IMG/VR virus record: IMGVR_UViG_2529292906_000015
Location: 1-15,405 of that record
DNA from: a virus
Lineage: Duplodnaviria > Heunggongvirae > Uroviricota > Caudoviricetes
Strand: one strand, 5' to 3'
DNA: 15,405 bases
In this document: one piece after another, positions 1 to 7,759 of the stretch
How positions within the stretch are numbered: the first letter of the stretch is position 1
How the letters are laid out: every line of letters starts with the position of its first letter
Notes under the pieces: model-generated
What the model was told of the DNA's origin: nothing
Database searches by the model: none
What the model saw: the letters and a program-made list of their open reading frames with translations, nothing else
Translations under genes and position numbers: made by a program

Positions 1-888
1 ATGCCACTGCTGGATAAGCTGCGTGAGCAGTACGGGGTCGGACCGGTATGCAGCGAACTGCATATTGCCCCGTCAACGTATTACCATTGTCAGCAACAGC
101 GACATCATCCGGATAAACGCAGTGCCCGTGCGCAGCACGACGACTGGCTGAAGAGAGAGATACAGCGCGTATACGATGAAAATCATCAGGTGTACGGTGT
201 GCGTAAAGTCTGGCGTCAGTTGTTACGGGAAGGAATCAGGGTGGCCAGATGTACAGTGGCACGTCTCATGGCGGTTATGGGACTTGCCGGTGTTCTCCGG
301 GGTAAAAAGGTCCGTACGACCATCAGCCGGAAAGCCGTTGCCGCAGGCGACCGCGTAAACCGTCAGTTCGTGGCAGAACGACCTGACCAGCTGTGGGTGG
401 CTGATTTTACTTACGTCAGCACATGGCAGGGCTTCGTCTATGTGGCGTTTATCATTGATGTGTTTGCCGGATACATCGTGGGGTGGCGGGTCTCATCGTC
501 TATGGAAACGACATTCGTGCTGGATGCGCTGGAGCAGGCGTTGTGGGCCCGTCGTCCGTCTGGCACCATCCATCACAGCGATAAAGGCTCTCAGTATGTG
601 TCACTGGCCTATACGGAGCGACTAAAAGAAGCCGGATTACTGGCATCAACAGGGAGTACAGGCGACTCGTATGACAACGCGATGGCTGAGAGCATCAATG
701 GTCTTTACAAAGCGGAGGTAATACACCGTAAGAGCTGGAAAAACCGTGCAGAAGTGGAACTGGCCACACTAACGTGGGTGGACTGGTATAACAATCGACG
801 ATTGCTGGGAAGGCTGGGCCATACTCCTCCGGCAGAAGCAGAAAAAGCTTATTATGCTTCCATCGGAAACGATGATCTGGCAGCCTGA
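1..888 (+). CDS. IS3-family transposase OrfB (DDE integrase-core domain), probably 5'-partial or the downstream part of an OrfAB frameshift fusion
   Basis: 295-aa ORF with typical IS3-group catalytic-core motifs (WVADFTYV, HSDKGSQY, DNAMAESINGLYKAEV). The ORF starts at window position 1, so the upstream OrfA and frameshift window are not visible. Confidence 0.85.
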   Translation: MPLLDKLREQYGVGPVCSELHIAPSTYYHCQQQRHHPDKRSARAQHDDWLKREIQRVYDENHQVYGVRKVWRQLLREGIRVARCTVARLMAVMGLAGVLRGKKVRTTISRKAVAAGDRVNRQFVAERPDQLWVADFTYVSTWQGFVYVAFIIDVFAGYIVGWRVSSSMETTFVLDALEQALWARRPSGTIHHSDKGSQYVSLAYTERLKEAGLLASTGSTGDSYDNAMAESINGLYKAEVIHRKSWKNRAEVELATLTWVDWYNNRRLLGRLGHTPPAEAEKAYYASIGNDDLAA

Positions 889-930
889 GTTCACAGATAA
901 AACACTCTCCAGGAAACCCGGGGCGGTTCA
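1..930 (+). mobile_element. IS3-family insertion sequence (IS629/IS1203-like), right-hand portion; the window starts inside the element
   Basis: Contains the OrfB transposase reading frame (1..888). The sequence 917..930 (CCCGGGGCGGTTCA) matches the terminal inverted repeat of IS629-type elements as I recall it (TGAACCGCCCCGGG read inward). The element ends exactly where the integrase reading frame is cut. Element name is from memory, not a search. Confidence 0.8.
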
Positions 931-1671
931 CTGGGTGATATGCAAGTGTTCGTTCCACACATCTGAAAAACGCATGTGGCAAATGTCATCACGGCGCTGA
1001 CCAGTAACAATCGCAAGAAGCATTGCGTTACGGATAAAGTGTTTTTCAGGCGTTGCATTGTAAATTTTTTGCCAGTCTTCCATGGTGAGCCTGGCTCTGG
1101 TTACTTTAGGGATCGGTTTACGGGTAGCCTCCGGAGGATTCCATCCAGGAGGAACTTCCCCTGCATGCTGTGCTTCTTTATAAATATCAACCCATAATCC
1201 ACGATTTACTCTCGCTGTGCTGACCATGTCTTTATCCAGCCACTCATCCAGTATTAATGCAAAGTCTCTTACTTCCAGTTCTTTCAATGGGTGGTTTCCC
1301 AGACGGGAAACCAGGTATGCAGCCATTCGAGTTTTTTCTTTGTGAGTTGTAGCTGCAATATCTCCATTTTTCAGTCGCGTGTCCTGTATTTTCAGATATC
1401 GATCAACCCATGCCTTTAATCTGATACCCCGACGTTTTGTTGCTGACGGACTTTCATCAATTTTGCGCATGAAATATTCAGCTTCTGCTGCAGCTATTCG
1501 CTGATTGGCTGTGGAAGCGATTTTTTCTGCCTTACATTTGTCTGTTCCGAGTCCGTGAAATTTTCCAGTCACAGGATTTTTATACTGGTAGTAAACTCTG
1601 CCAGTTCTGCGATCAAACTTTTCGTAAAGACCGGCTACGTCAGTGCTGTTTTTTCGTGGCCTCGGTGACAT
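928..1671 (-). pseudogene. int: Lambdoid tyrosine integrase, N-terminal 247 codons only; catalytic domain severed by the IS insertion
   Basis: N-terminus resembles the lambda Int arm-binding and core-binding domains (YYQYKNPVTGKFHGLG, then AIVTGQRRDDICHMRFSDV matching lambda AVVTGQRVGDLCEMKWSDI). The ORF stops about 15 codons after the first catalytic Arg, and the stop codon (928..930) is supplied by the last 3 nt of the IS. The K-H-R-H-Y part of the catalytic domain is absent from the window. Confidence 0.75.
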
Positions 1672-1910
1672 GAGTTAAAATCTCCTTCAGTGCATCATCA
1701 TCGCCAGTATGAATTTCCGGCGCAATTCCCGTTTCACCAGGCCCAACAAACACTGCTCGGCGATCTATCAGCCAACGCCCACGAATTTTTTGTGGCCTTG
1801 GAACGATGTATCCTAGTTTTCCGTATTTCACCAGGGTAGTGTTTGTTATTGGGAGACTGAACCGTTTTGGTTTCCACTCGTCGAGCGTTATCAGGTACTG
1901 TTCGCTCATG
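1640..1910 (-). CDS. xis: Excisionase (Xis), about 89 aa
   Basis: Small ORF immediately upstream of int, overlapping its start. Pattern YLITLDEWKPKRF...GYIVPRPQKIRGRWL resembles lambda Xis (YLTLQEWNARQRRP...FPPPVKDGREYL). ATG at 1910 is preceded by GGAGTG; the track's longer ORF starts at a GTG at 1918. Confidence 0.65.
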
Positions 1911-1970
1911 GCTATCACTCCGGAACGCGCCAGTTGCAGAATATCAACGACAACTGGCGACGGTTGAACA

Positions 1971-4442
1971 TTAAAAATCAGCCTGACTCGGGATCAGTTT
2001 TTGCCAGATAACTGAAACGTATTTTGCCTGGTAACGGGCGTCATCAAGTGCATTATGGCGCTCACCTTCGAATGGAATAGCCGTTCTGGCATCGAAGTCT
2101 ATGGCTTTCCCCAGCTCAACGATTGTGCGTACATCGCGATCGTTGTAGTAACGCCACGGGCAGGGGATCCCCTGCCGTTCGTATGAACGGCGCAAAATCG
2201 TGTTGTCGAAGTTGGCTCCATTTCCCCAGACCTGAACAAAAAATTCACCGGAGTTTTCGTCGATAAATTCCCGCAATTGTAACAGTGCATCATCTAACGG
2301 GATTTCATCGGTCATAATGGCAGATTGCGCTTCGCGTGATTGCTTAAGCCACCATTTAATGGTGTCCCGATCAATGACTCCGCCAGCAGTTTCCAGATCG
2401 ATAGTCTTACTAAATTCCGGTCCCATATCTCCGGTTTGCGGATCGAAAAATATTGCACCTATTGAGATGATCGGGGCATCAGGATTTTTTCCCATGGTTT
2501 CAAGGTCGATCATTAGATGGTCACACGTCCTGCTGGTGGATGTGATTTCTTGATGACCGTTCACCTTAATTGAGTGATCTGCCGTCTCGCCAGTTTCATT
2601 ATCGCTGGCATGATGCTGATTGCCGCCAGTATTCTCCTTGTGTGGATGTTCAGCGCCTTCCATTTCCTCCGGATCATCTTCCTGAACTTCAACCTGATAC
2701 TCTTCATCGAATGTTTCCTGGTATGTTGCGTCGCCCATCACCGCGCCACAATCAGGGCAGTTGCCGCCGCCGGTCTGACCGCAGGCGGTGCAGACTTTTT
2801 CCACTTCCTGTTGCGCCACTGGTTCAGGCTGTTTCGTTTCTGGCTCGTTTTGTAACGCATTTGGGCTGTTTTGTTCCGCTTTTTGGTAGTTCCGTTCCGA
2901 TTCATGCTGGTTCTGGTTTACAGAATCGCGGGTCTGGATCCCCTTAACCCATTTCGGATCATTCGGGTCGCTAATCCCTGCAACAAATTCTCCGCGAGAG
3001 GCAGCAAGCAACTTATCGGCGTCAGGCTGGCTGATATTGGCTGCCTGCATAATTTTGTTTACTTCGTCAGCGGTAACTTTTACCGGCCCTGGTTGTGCGG
3101 TCGTGTCAGATGCACCAGTATTTTGTTGTGAACCTGAGTATGTACCGTTTTTGCGGGCGAAATATTCTTCTTTCGTGATTTCAGTAGCCCCGGCAGCCAG
3201 TGCCTTATCCAGACCAGAAAGTTTGTTTGCGCGACCGTATTTTTCGCCATCCTTGTCGGTGAAGAGGAAGTAGAACGGCCCCTCACGCTCTACAGATGGT
3301 TCGACTTCCACTTTGCATTCGGTTTTTTCGTTGTCCGGAATTGCCGTTTCCACTGCATCAGTTTCTGGTACTGGCGACGAGAGAGTATCAGTTGCGCTCT
3401 GATTTCTTCCTTCATCTTCAAACACGCCCTTTGTAGTCAGGTATTCAGTAATGTATTTGTTCAGTGCCACAGGGTCTTTGTGAATGTCGATCGGACGTTC
3501 ACGGACAAGGCCAAAAATAGTCTGGCGGTCGTAGCGAAGGGCATCAGGCTGTTTGCGCATTGATGCCGAGATACGCTTCCAGTCTTCGCGGTCGTTGTCG
3601 ATAACTTCATTTTTTGCCCAGCGATGGATGCTGCCGTCAATGTTTCCGGCATCCACATCACCAGGCCAGAGAGCGTAGGCCAGTTCGTCATCCAGTGTTT
3701 TCCATGTCTGCTTGTATTCGCGATGAGTGGCAGCAATGACCGGGCTGATTTTTCCTGTTGAATTTTCAGTGTTCTGTTGATTGGCTCTGGCGCGGGCGAG
3801 ATCAACAACAGACGTGTATTTTCCGGTTTCCTTGCGTTCACCTTCGCGACGTTTTTTCCAGATGCGCATCTCTGCCTGAATTTCGGGCCATTTGGCACCA
3901 GGCTTACATTTATGCTTAACCCACCCAATGGCGTGCAACTTAAGCTCCGGATACATGGCGTTAACTTCTGGCATTTTCATCAACGCTTCAACGATATGTC
4001 CGTTGAATGTTGCCATGTCTTCCTGCAACAATTCCTGTGCGCTAATAACCATATCAACGGTGATGTTTTCACATGTGTCGAACTTAACCATGACAGCGTT
4101 CTGTACTTCAGGGGCCAACTTGTCAAAAGTGACGTTCATCGGATCGGATTCAGTCTCAACCGGGACAAAAGAAGCAGACTCCTCATCCCAGCGGTTTTCC
4201 TGCATATATTCAGCATCCCATGAATCGAGGGCAGGGCGGGGTATACCAGGTTTATCCTCGCAGACAATAAATTTATAAGCGCAGTCCTGAGCAGCCGGAT
4301 AATGTTCCAGGAATTGCCAGTGAAATTTTGCTCGAGCACGGCGTTCGTCGCCAGCTTCAATGGCTGTGGCTACAGCCACAGCGCCTTCTTCCCTTGTTGC
4401 CAGTTCGTCAGGAATAGCGGCGCAAATAAAGACTTTACTCAT
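1971..4442 (-). CDS. 823-aa prophage exonuclease: RecE-like N-terminal/central region fused to a C-terminal DEDDh (DnaQ-like) 3'-5' exonuclease domain
   Basis: Long intact ORF with GAGGT 9 nt upstream of the ATG. The central segment DKLLAASRGEFVAGISDPNDPKWVKGIQTRD matches RecE (exonuclease VIII) as I recall it. The C-terminal about 180 aa carries DnaQ-type motifs: MIDLETMG (Exo I), GNGANFDNTIL (Exo II), HNALDDARYQA (Exo III). Confidence 0.8.
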   Translation of the reverse strand: MSKVFICAAIPDELATREEGAVAVATAIEAGDERRARAKFHWQFLEHYPAAQDCAYKFIVCEDKPGIPRPALDSWDAEYMQENRWDEESASFVPVETESDPMNVTFDKLAPEVQNAVMVKFDTCENITVDMVISAQELLQEDMATFNGHIVEALMKMPEVNAMYPELKLHAIGWVKHKCKPGAKWPEIQAEMRIWKKRREGERKETGKYTSVVDLARARANQQNTENSTGKISPVIAATHREYKQTWKTLDDELAYALWPGDVDAGNIDGSIHRWAKNEVIDNDREDWKRISASMRKQPDALRYDRQTIFGLVRERPIDIHKDPVALNKYITEYLTTKGVFEDEGRNQSATDTLSSPVPETDAVETAIPDNEKTECKVEVEPSVEREGPFYFLFTDKDGEKYGRANKLSGLDKALAAGATEITKEEYFARKNGTYSGSQQNTGASDTTAQPGPVKVTADEVNKIMQAANISQPDADKLLAASRGEFVAGISDPNDPKWVKGIQTRDSVNQNQHESERNYQKAEQNSPNALQNEPETKQPEPVAQQEVEKVCTACGQTGGGNCPDCGAVMGDATYQETFDEEYQVEVQEDDPEEMEGAEHPHKENTGGNQHHASDNETGETADHSIKVNGHQEITSTSRTCDHLMIDLETMGKNPDAPIISIGAIFFDPQTGDMGPEFSKTIDLETAGGVIDRDTIKWWLKQSREAQSAIMTDEIPLDDALLQLREFIDENSGEFFVQVWGNGANFDNTILRRSYERQGIPCPWRYYNDRDVRTIVELGKAIDFDARTAIPFEGERHNALDDARYQAKYVSVIWQKLIPSQADF

Positions 4443-4535
4443 TTTGTTTTAACCTCATGACAGATTTAAGGATGAACAAATCCCTGCCATTGCTGGCATA
4501 TAAGAATGAAACCGGATATTTATTACGGAACTGTT

Positions 4536-4727
4536 TTAAAGACCTGCCGGGATTTCGATATTATCCTGGTGAATAACTTTATCGACCGGGTAACAGTTAC
4601 CGGGAATTTTCTGTTCGGTTGCTGCAGTCATACACTCCTGCATTGTCCTGTGAACACTGACTGCAATATCAACTGGCACTCCGGAAACAAGAAAAACTGT
4701 CAGAACAAGCGCAAATGCTGAATTCAT
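4536..4727 (-). CDS. ydfD: YdfD, 63-aa Qin-type lysis protein with a hydrophobic N-terminal segment
   Basis: Translation MNSAFALVLTVFLVSGVPVDIAVS... from the ATG at 4727, with AAGGA upstream and an ATGA overlap with the dicB stop. Length and sequence match K-12 YdfD as recalled. The track ORF begins 18 codons upstream at a less likely start. Confidence 0.8.
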   Translation of the reverse strand: MNSAFALVLTVFLVSGVPVDIAVSVHRTMQECMTAATEQKIPGNCYPVDKVIHQDNIEIPAGL

Positions 4728-4912
4728 TGTGCACATCCTTTTGGCATCAGACGTAAACGAGCCAGCATTGAAACAATGCATATTTTATTTAATAGCTCCC
4801 GTTCTTGTTTTCTCTTGTTAATGGCATCTTCAGTAAATACAGGGTTACTGATAGTGACACCAATTTCAAAACAACCTTCAGACGTATTAACGTTTGGTAA
4901 TAACGTTTTCAT
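4724..4912 (-). CDS. dicB: DicB, 62-aa cell-division inhibitor
   Basis: Translation from the ATG at 4912 (GAGGG upstream) is MKTLLPNVNTSEGCFEIGVTISNPVFTEDAINKRKQERELLNKICIVSMLARLRLMPKGCAQ, which I recognise as DicB. It lies immediately downstream of dicF as in K-12. Confidence 0.85.
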   Translation of the reverse strand: MKTLLPNVNTSEGCFEIGVTISNPVFTEDAINKRKQERELLNKICIVSMLARLRLMPKGCAQ

Positions 4913-5081
4913 TATCGCGCCCTCAACAATGAGTTTTGTGATGCGGTGCCTGGTGCCTCCAGGTGACGTTAACCAGTTAACAATTAACGCCGGATACAGA
5001 GAATCCACCCATAACACTGTTTTTGGTTTTAACTGTTCCGCGTGCGCTTAGCCGCATTCACCGCATCACAAAATTCACTTT

Positions 5082-5139
5082 AAAAAGGGCGGCAGAGCAG
5101 TCACGGAGTAAAACTGATACCGCCAAACGTCACCAGAAA
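5082..5139 (-). ncRNA. dicF: DicF small RNA (about 53 nt) with 3' U-tract
   Basis: Reverse complement of 5087..5139 reads TTTCTGGTGACGTTTGGCGGTATCAGTTTTACTCCGTGACTGCTCTGCCGCCC followed by TTTTTA. This matches the DicF sequence as I remember it, in the expected position between ydfC and dicB. Confidence 0.8.
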
Positions 5140-5480
5140 ATTGATAACAGAGGGCGTTGCAGCGGAGTTGTCACTTAAGCGTATGGTCAACCTGACAACC
5201 CGGTGTCCTCAACGGGGGAAGGAATAACCCCGCCATACTTACCGCCGCGCCATTTCGCGGATTGCCACAACCGGAAGCGCACGGTCGACGAAAATTTAAC
5301 GACAGGCTATCTATGAACCAGCTACCTCGCCGTGCGCTTTCGCGTTATGGTCTGACTTTTCAGGGAAATATCCTTTCAGTAAACTGTCAGTGCCGGATGC
5401 TCACCCGTGTCCGGCGCACGCACTCCACCTCACCCGTGGAGAACTCCTTAATTACCAACCTTAGCTTCGTTGGTTAGCTA

Positions 5481-5699
5481 TTAACGCGGGTATGTAATCA
5501 TTCTGGCAATGCTTAATGCCGCTGCTTTTTCCAGATTGGTGATATCCTGCTCCAGAGCGGACAGATTTTCAGCCTGCTTAGCCCTGGCTTCATTAGCCCA
5601 TTTCAGATCCTGCGCTGCATTAATTTTCTGGCGCATCCACTCATAAAGTTCATCATCGGTATAGTCTGGCGCGATTATGACGGGTTCTCGTTTCTGCAT
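5481..5699 (-). CDS. ydfC: YdfC, 72-aa protein of the dicB operon
   Basis: 72-aa ORF (MQKREPVIIAPDYTDDELYEWMRQKINAAQ...) in the correct order and size for K-12 ydfC. Confidence 0.75.
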   Translation of the reverse strand: MQKREPVIIAPDYTDDELYEWMRQKINAAQDLKWANEARAKQAENLSALEQDITNLEKAAALSIARMITYPR

Positions 5700-5728
5700 A
5701 CTGATTCCTCGCGGTGCTACTTCGCTTA

Positions 5729-5857
5729 TCAGCCGTTAGATTTTGCCGAGCTGGAAAGCGCCTGTTTAAACTCACTGAAGCTGAGAGCTTCTTCGCCTTC
5801 GGCAAGGTCTTCGAAGTATTCTTCGTAAGCCTTTTCCATGATTGTGTCGAAATCCAT
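5729..5857 (-). CDS. ydfB: YdfB, 42-aa acidic protein
   Basis: Hand translation from the ATG at 5857 (AGGTGA upstream) gives MDFDTIMEKAYEEYFEDLAEGEEALSFSEFKQALSSSAKSNG, 42 aa. Too short for the supplied ORF track, but in the right place and of the right size for ydfB. Confidence 0.7.
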   Translation of the reverse strand: MDFDTIMEKAYEEYFEDLAEGEEALSFSEFKQALSSSAKSNG

Positions 5858-5858
5858 A

Positions 5859-6014
5859 TCACTCACCTGAGTTTCTTTCCAGCCAGCGACGGGCACCATT
5901 TTCGGTTTTAAACGTTTTGCTTTTGGTATACGTCATCGCGGTGAACGTGCCGTCCTGGTTGGGAAACACGCCGTACACCAGAGATTCGTTGTTGCCAAGA
6001 TCGATAGTATCCAT
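5859..6014 (-). CDS. ydfA: YdfA, 51-aa protein, first gene of the dicB operon
   Basis: From the ATG at 6014 (GAGG upstream): MDTIDLGNNESLVYGVFPNQDGTFTAMTYTKSKTFKTENGARRWLERNSGE, 51 aa. The track ORF extends 27 codons further upstream. Confidence 0.75.
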   Translation of the reverse strand: MDTIDLGNNESLVYGVFPNQDGTFTAMTYTKSKTFKTENGARRWLERNSGE

Positions 6015-6193
6015 GCTGACCTCATTTCCCCTTAACGCCGGGGTAGCGGAACAAAAACCTGCTGCATAGTTATTAAAGTTGAACCCTGCCGTCATGTTCT
6101 TACGCCTCGGGCTGGCTACTTAACCCCTGACCACTGCCTGGTAACTCGAAGTATTGCCCTGCATTCTGTAGGATGGGGTGAGGGAATGAATGA

Positions 6194-6240
6194 AGTTTAG
6201 AAAAACGAACTTTTCAGGTCAATGTTTTTTTATCAAAACA
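6194..6240 (-). promoter_or_regulatory. Early-left (PL-like) promoter for the dicB operon with an adjacent operator palindrome
   Basis: On the minus strand: -35 TTGACC (6217..6222), 17-bp spacer, -10 TAAACT (6194..6199). Immediately upstream is a perfect palindrome TGTTTT-tttatc-AAAACA (6223..6240) with the same half-sites as the operator at the repressor start. Confidence 0.45.
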
Positions 6241-6306
6241 TTTTAAGCAGGCAGCTGTTAAGCCATCACCACGATGGCATACAGTTAATCAAATAGATGA
6301 GGTTGG

Positions 6307-6945
6307 TTAAATATCTTGTTGAATTTTAAAGCATACGCCCAATATGCAAGATAGATCATCCAGCATAATTGAAGGGTAGCGAGGATTCGTGGGGACTAAA
6401 AGAATATCCGGCCCTTCTATCTCCAGTTTACGAATGACAGGTGTTGTGGTCCCTTTGGGTAAGGCAAGGACAATATTTCCTGGTTGTACGGTTCGATCGG
6501 GATCAACAAAAACTGTTGAACCATTTGGGATGGAAACTCCCCCACCAGATGTTGACATACTGTCACTCTCTAGAACAACTGCAAAGGTATTGACCGGGAT
6601 TTCTCCGACAAGCTGCACACAAGAGGTTATTGAGGAATTTTTCATATAATCACTCCAGCTTGCTGCCTGCTGAAGTGATAGTAGCGGAACCGTTTTTATC
6701 GGCGGTAAAGATAGATCAAGCGAATCACCTGTATTTAACTCTCCTCCATTAAGAAGCCAATTTTCGTTTACTTTCAATATTTTTGCCAGGGAACTTATGT
6801 AACGCGAGGACGGCGCTCCTCCACCGTTCATCCATTGACTTACGGAGCCTTTTGATGCGCCAGTGCCATTGACAAGGTCTTTGCCTTTCAGGTTTAGCGC
6901 ATGCATACGTTGGGTTATGCGTTCAGATATAGTTTGCTTGCTCAT
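6307..6945 (-). CDS. CI-type prophage repressor, 212 aa: N-terminal HTH plus C-terminal S24 (LexA-like) autopeptidase domain
   Basis: N-terminal HTH (GKDLVNGTGASKGSVSQWMNG). C-terminal region has a serine-containing motif (ESDSMS) and a downstream lysine (VIRKLE) consistent with a Ser/Lys dyad. It is divergent from a cro-like gene. It is not the 135-aa HTH-only DicA that K-12 Qin carries. Confidence 0.85.
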   Translation of the reverse strand: MSKQTISERITQRMHALNLKGKDLVNGTGASKGSVSQWMNGGGAPSSRYISSLAKILKVNENWLLNGGELNTGDSLDLSLPPIKTVPLLSLQQAASWSDYMKNSSITSCVQLVGEIPVNTFAVVLESDSMSTSGGGVSIPNGSTVFVDPDRTVQPGNIVLALPKGTTTPVIRKLEIEGPDILLVPTNPRYPSIMLDDLSCILGVCFKIQQDI

Positions 6946-7036
6946 GTTTTGATTTTAAAACACAGATGGTTTTGTTTCTTGACTTTCTTTGGTTTTGATT
7001 ATTAAACTTTTGACGTTCAGTTTTATGGAGCGACTC
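6945..7036. promoter_or_regulatory. Divergent immunity-region operator/promoter (OR-like) between the repressor and the cro-like gene
   Basis: Perfect palindrome TGTTTT-gatttt-AAAACA (6945..6962) overlapping the repressor start codon. A degenerate copy GGTTTT-gattat-TAAACT (6991..7008) overlaps a candidate rightward promoter: -35 TTGACT (6979..6984), 18-bp spacer, -10 TAAACT (7003..7008). GGAG lies 7 nt before the cro-like ATG. Confidence 0.55.
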
Positions 7037-7279
7037 ATGAAAAAATCAGAAGTATTAGGCTATTTTGGCGGAGTTGTTAAAACAGCCGCAGCTCTAGGAA
7101 CGTCAAAAACCACAGTCAGCATGTGGGGGGAAGAGGTTCCGTGGAAATGGGCGTTGCTAATTCAGGCAGTCACTGCCGGGGCGCTCAAATATGAGTTACA
7201 CATACCGACGGTTGTCATTCCCGGTTCTGATCATAATCCGCCTTCTAACCAAGGGGGGATTCATGAAAATCAAGCATGA
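7037..7279 (+). CDS. Cro/YdaS-like small HTH regulator, about 80 aa
   Basis: HTH segment GGVVKTAAALGTSKTTVSMWG. It is divergent from the repressor across the operator region. The start at 7037 is chosen for its GGAG Shine-Dalgarno; the track ORF begins at 6989. Confidence 0.6.
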   Translation: MKKSEVLGYFGGVVKTAAALGTSKTTVSMWGEEVPWKWALLIQAVTAGALKYELHIPTVVIPGSDHNPPSNQGGIHENQA

Positions 7280-7688
7280 ACACATCCGCATGGCGATGAA
7301 TGCCTGGGCGCATCCGGACGGCGAAAAAGTACCGGCTGCGAAAATTACCAAAGCGTATTTCGAGCTGGGAATGACGTTCCCGGAACTGTATGACGACAGC
7401 CATCCGGAAGCCCTGGCTCGCAATACCCAGAAAATTTTCCGCTGGGTAGAGAAAGACACCCCTGATGCAGTTGAAAAAATTCAGGCGTTGTTACCAGCGA
7501 TCGAAAAGGCAATGCCACCTTTGCTGGTGGCCAGAATGCGCAGCCACAGTTCAGCTTATTTTCGGGAGCTGGTGGAGACGCGGGAGCGACTGGTGAGAGA
7601 CGCTGATGATTTTGTCGCAGTGGCAATCGCCGGTTTCAATCAGATGAACCGTGGTGGCCCGGCAGGAAATGCTGTGGCAGTACATTGA
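7263..7688 (+). CDS. YdaT-like (CII-position) prophage regulatory protein, about 141 aa
   Basis: Begins MKIKHEHI..., which I recall as the start of Rac YdaT. Directly follows the cro-like gene with a small overlap. AAGGGGGG precedes the ATG at 7263. Confidence 0.55.
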   Translation: MKIKHEHIRMAMNAWAHPDGEKVPAAKITKAYFELGMTFPELYDDSHPEALARNTQKIFRWVEKDTPDAVEKIQALLPAIEKAMPPLLVARMRSHSSAYFRELVETRERLVRDADDFVAVAIAGFNQMNRGGPAGNAVAVH

Positions 7689-7759
7689 CTGACAATAGCC
7701 ATATCGAATCGCTTCCGGCAACTCGTGAGTAAAAAGATTCGGTATCAGAAGAGGTGAGT

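Noticed and set aside
176-982. Short ORFs inside and across the end of the IS element (176..358, 440..625, 695..982 on the minus strand)
   Set aside because: They overlap the transposase frame or read across the IS/prophage junction; the products are low-complexity. Treated as spurious.
2099-4360. Eleven ORFs of 64 to 155 aa on both strands inside the exonuclease gene (for example 2570..2947, 3461..3928, 3777..4223)
   Set aside because: All are nested within or antisense to a long, well-supported coding frame with recognisable domains. They lack ribosome-binding sites and recognisable motifs and are typical shadow ORFs.
5262-5477. 71-aa plus-strand ORF in the ydfC-dicF spacer
   Set aside because: It is antisense to the dicB operon transcript, has no Shine-Dalgarno, and its product is Arg/Ser-rich and low-complexity. 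The region is more plausibly the untranslated dicF precursor.
5653-6095. Longer alternative ORFs overlapping ydfA and ydfB (5653..5862 minus, 5714..5911 plus, 5842..6069 plus, and the 78-aa extended ydfA frame)
   Set aside because: The short genes with good ribosome-binding sites and sizes matching the known dicB operon explain the region; the longer frames are overlapping or antisense artefacts.
6389-6649. 86-aa plus-strand ORF inside the repressor gene
   Set aside because: It is antisense to a confidently identified HTH/S24 repressor and has no independent signals.
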